Assembly (NCBI GenBank): GCA_964385615.1
Contig: CAYLPP010000002.1
Coordinates: 40,518-104,517 of the forward strand
DNA length: 64,000 nucleotides
Direction: 5' to 3'
DNA from: an uncultured bacterium
Lineage (GTDB): Bacteria > Omnitrophota > Omnitrophia > Omnitrophales > Aquincolibacteriaceae
Shown here: positions 61,799 to 64,000 of the stretch, piece by piece
Layout of the letters: each line of letters begins with the position of its first letter
Position numbering within the stretch: position 1 is the first letter of the stretch
Notes under the pieces: generated by a model
Database searches by the model: none
Told to the model about the DNA's origin: nothing
Seen by the model: only the letters and a program-made list of their open reading frames with translations
Program-made: the position numbers and the translations under genes

Positions 61799-63733
61799 AT
61801 GATGCCCATGTTCCCCAGGAAACTTTCAAAACGGGCTATTTCTCTGTTTTGTATTTTCAACCTTTGCATATCCTTTTTACTGCCCGTTCCGGCCTTCGCT
61901 GAAAAAGCCCCGCTCACCGATGACGAACTTCTCGACCTGATTCAGCGCAAAAGCCTGGATTATTTTATCAATGAGAGAAGCGCTGTTACGGGGCTGGTGC
62001 GCGACCGGGCCAATAATTCCAGGGAAGGAATCAATAATTCGCCCGCGAGTATCGCCGCGACCGGTTTCGCTCTGGCGGTTTACGCTTCCGCGGTTTCCAG
62101 AAACTGGCTTGATTACGGAACTGCCAAAGAAATGACCCGCAAAACCCTGCAGTTTTTTTTGGAGAAAGCCCCGCAGGAACATGGATTTTTCTATCACTTT
62201 ATGGATATGGAGACGGGACAAAGGTTCCGGGACTCCGAAGTGTCGCCGATTGATACCGCGCTTCTTTTGGCTGGAGCGATGTTTGCCGCGGAATATTATG
62301 AAGAGCCGGATGTCCGTGAGCTGGTGAATAAGATTTATGACCGCGTTGACTGGGAGTGGATGCTTCACGGCGGGAAAACCTTCGCCATGGCCTGGAGCCC
62401 GGAGAGCGGTTTTCAGAAAAACCGGTGGGACACTTACAATGAATCGATGGTTATGTATCTTCAGGCGATTGGTTCTTCCGCCCATCCAATTCCCGCGGAG
62501 AGCTGGAAAGCCATCAAACGGCCCGCGGGAAGTTACAAGAATTACCGTTTGATTTTTCAACCGCCGCTCTTCACGCATCAGTATTCTCACATCTTCGTTG
62601 ATTTCCGCAATAAACATGACGGTTTTGCAGACTATTTCAGGAATTCGACCGATGCTTCTCTGGCTAATCGCGCTTTCTGCATGGAACACGCGGACCGCTT
62701 TCCAGGGTATGGGCCGGATAGCTGGGGTTTGACGGCCTCTGACGGGCCTACCGGATATGCCGCCTACGGCGCGGCTCCGGGGCCGGCGCGCCACGATGGT
62801 ACGATTGCTCCGACCGGCTGCGGAAGCTCGATTGTTTTCACGCCTAAAGAATCACTGGCCTGCTTGAGGAATTTTTATGAAAACGAGGACGGTCTTTGGG
62901 GCCGTTACGGGTTCGCGGACGCTTTTAATAAAGGAAAGAAGTGGGTGGCTCCGGATGTGATAGGGATTGATCAGGGAGCCTTATTTCTAATGATTGAGAA
63001 TTACCGAAGCGCTTTGATCTGGAAGATGATGTCCAAGAGTCTTCCGATCAACCGTGCGATGGAGGCTGTTGGTTTTAAGGAGGGAACTATGGAATTGCCC
63101 TGGCCAGAGCCTCCTTCTGAAAAAGCGGTTTATATTCAGCAGGGAATCGAAGTGAACGCGCTTTTAAGCGACTGGCCTAACGGGAAGCCCCTGGAAATGG
63201 ATGAATCCTTTATTGAGACCGGGAGTTTTAAGGAAGGCAGGGCCCCCAAGGTTCAGATTCGTTTCGGCTGGAACCGGGCGGCGCTCTTCTTCTATGCCAA
63301 AGTGGCGGATCCGGACTTGGTTGCCAGAAAAACCGGAAGAAATATATGGATGGATGATATGATTGAGCTTTATATTGATCCCCAAGGTGACGGGCTGGAC
63401 TGGGGCCAGCGCGGTGATTTTCAGATTGGATTCCGGCCCGATCCGGAGACCGGTGAAGTGCTGACCTGGTCCTGGTTTGGAGACGGCGGAGACCCGCAGA
63501 AGGAATCGGCCGCTTTGGCGCGCAGTTTTTCCGATCAGTCCGGATATTTAGTTGAAGGAGCGGTCAGCTGGGAATATTTGGGAATTAAACCGGAACCTGG
63601 GATGGTGGTCCGGCTTTCGGCTGCCGTGCATGATATCGACTCTGACCGCAGTGACGGCAAGCTCCAATGGTTTTTTAGAAATGAAGAAAAGAGCGGGCAT
63701 TACGTTCTTGGGAAACTTGTGCTGGAAGCATGA
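61799..63733 (+). CDS. secreted six-hairpin glycoside-hydrolase-like protein (glucoamylase/DUF3131-like catalytic domain) with C-terminal CBM9-like carbohydrate-binding domain
   Basis: Signal peptide. The central region (GFALAVYA...PIDTALLLAGAMFAAEYY...DTYNESMVMYLQAIGS) resembles the putative glucoamylase/GH144-type alpha/alpha-toroid families. The C-terminal WMDDMIELYIDPQGDG is typical of CBM9/DOMON-like modules. Confidence 0.45.
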   Translation: MMPMFPRKLSKRAISLFCIFNLCISFLLPVPAFAEKAPLTDDELLDLIQRKSLDYFINERSAVTGLVRDRANNSREGINNSPASIAATGFALAVYASAVSRNWLDYGTAKEMTRKTLQFFLEKAPQEHGFFYHFMDMETGQRFRDSEVSPIDTALLLAGAMFAAEYYEEPDVRELVNKIYDRVDWEWMLHGGKTFAMAWSPESGFQKNRWDTYNESMVMYLQAIGSSAHPIPAESWKAIKRPAGSYKNYRLIFQPPLFTHQYSHIFVDFRNKHDGFADYFRNSTDASLANRAFCMEHADRFPGYGPDSWGLTASDGPTGYAAYGAAPGPARHDGTIAPTGCGSSIVFTPKESLACLRNFYENEDGLWGRYGFADAFNKGKKWVAPDVIGIDQGALFLMIENYRSALIWKMMSKSLPINRAMEAVGFKEGTMELPWPEPPSEKAVYIQQGIEVNALLSDWPNGKPLEMDESFIETGSFKEGRAPKVQIRFGWNRAALFFYAKVADPDLVARKTGRNIWMDDMIELYIDPQGDGLDWGQRGDFQIGFRPDPETGEVLTWSWFGDGGDPQKESAALARSFSDQSGYLVEGAVSWEYLGIKPEPGMVVRLSAAVHDIDSDRSDGKLQWFFRNEEKSGHYVLGKLVLEA

Positions 63734-64000
63734 AGAAAAAAGTTTCTAAAACAAATTCTTTTTTAGGGGCTATCGTGCGGGAAATCCGCATGGAGAAGAA
63801 CATGACAGGCGCGGAGCTTTGCCGGAAGGCTCCGAAACTGGATCCGCGCACACTGACCGCGCTTGAAAAAGGCCGTATTATCAATCCGTCGCTGGAAACA
63901 CTGGACGCGGTGGCCGCAGGGCTGGGTCTGAAAGTCAGTGATCTTTTTATTCGGCGTGAACAGCGCCTGATGACCGTGTTTCAGTCTGGAACCCAAAAAG
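63730..64000 (+). CDS. XRE-family helix-turn-helix transcriptional regulator (partial, continues beyond window)
   Basis: MKKKVSKTNSFLGAIVREIRMEKNMTGAELCRKAPKLDPRTLTALEKGRIINPSLETLDAVAAGLGLKVSDLF matches the Cro/C1 HTH pattern. The ATG overlaps the upstream stop (ATGA). No stop is reached before the window end. Confidence 0.5.
   Translation, partial: MKKKVSKTNSFLGAIVREIRMEKNMTGAELCRKAPKLDPRTLTALEKGRIINPSLETLDAVAAGLGLKVSDLFIRREQRLMTVFQSGTQK

Noticed and set aside
61877-62794. 305-aa - strand ORF inside the glucoamylase-like gene
   Set aside because: Antisense to a frame with a signal peptide and a CBM9-like C-terminus. The translation is Arg/Gly-rich noise.

Overview
This 64-kb window of bacterial chromosome (about 50% GC) is densely coding, mostly on the + strand, with frequent start/stop overlaps that suggest operons. 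The organism is probably an uncultivated lineage; that is inference only.

Ordinary content, in order:
- A gliding-type ABC exporter module: ATPase, a permease fused to a GldG-like domain, and a DUF4340-like protein.
- An alpha/beta hydrolase.
- An inositol-monophosphatase (SuhB-like) gene on the - strand, followed by a previously unlisted 49-aa basic small ORF joined to it by a TAATG overlap.
- A tight TCA-cycle supercluster: icd, mdh, acnA, sdhCAB, a gamma-carbonic-anhydrase-like gene, gltA and sucCD.
- A glutathionylspermidine-synthase-like ATP-grasp amidoligase directly upstream of a complete putrescine pathway (pdaD, aguB, aguA).
- mutM.
- A - strand pair of myo-inositol-1-phosphate synthase and a CDP-alcohol phosphatidyltransferase, indicating inositol-lipid or inositol-phosphodiester synthesis.
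- A CsaA-type tRNA-binding protein, a DUF1015 protein, hflKC, pabBC, purH, folC and mnmE.
- A class II (B12-dependent) ribonucleotide reductase preceded by a 600-bp leader. The leader carries a near-consensus sigma70 promoter, a 29-codon small ORF, an intrinsic-terminator-like hairpin and tandem NrdR-box-like palindromes.
- A CHASE2-GGDEF cyclase, a tRNA-Ser(CGA) on the - strand, dnaX and recR.

Most unusual is the 3' third of the window:
- A single ~10-kb ORF encodes a 3,319-aa protein. It has an N-terminal signal peptide and one internal TM helix. It carries a degenerate CofD/YvcK-like motif, a canonical HAD-IIB phosphatase motif set and TPR-like helices. Otherwise it has no similarity I can recognise.
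- It is followed by a compact set of envelope-targeted hydrolases and regulators: a two-receiver response regulator, a PHP phosphoesterase lipoprotein, an alpha/beta-hydrolase lipoprotein, a secreted neutral-ceramidase-like N-terminus fused to an Ntn (C45/AAT-like) hydrolase, a CheY-like regulator, a six-hairpin glucoamylase-like protein with a CBM9-like tail, and an XRE regulator.
- Together with the inositol-lipid genes upstream, this reads as a candidate previously undescribed envelope lipid or glycolipid processing system.

Also noted: a 10-bp perfect palindrome (GTACTTGCGC-N4-GCGCAAGTAC) occurs at both ends of the window. One copy sits just after recR and is flanked by a 16-bp direct duplication of recR's last codons.

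No CRISPR array, transposase, integrase or rRNA was seen. All calls rest on motif recognition by eye; nothing was computed.
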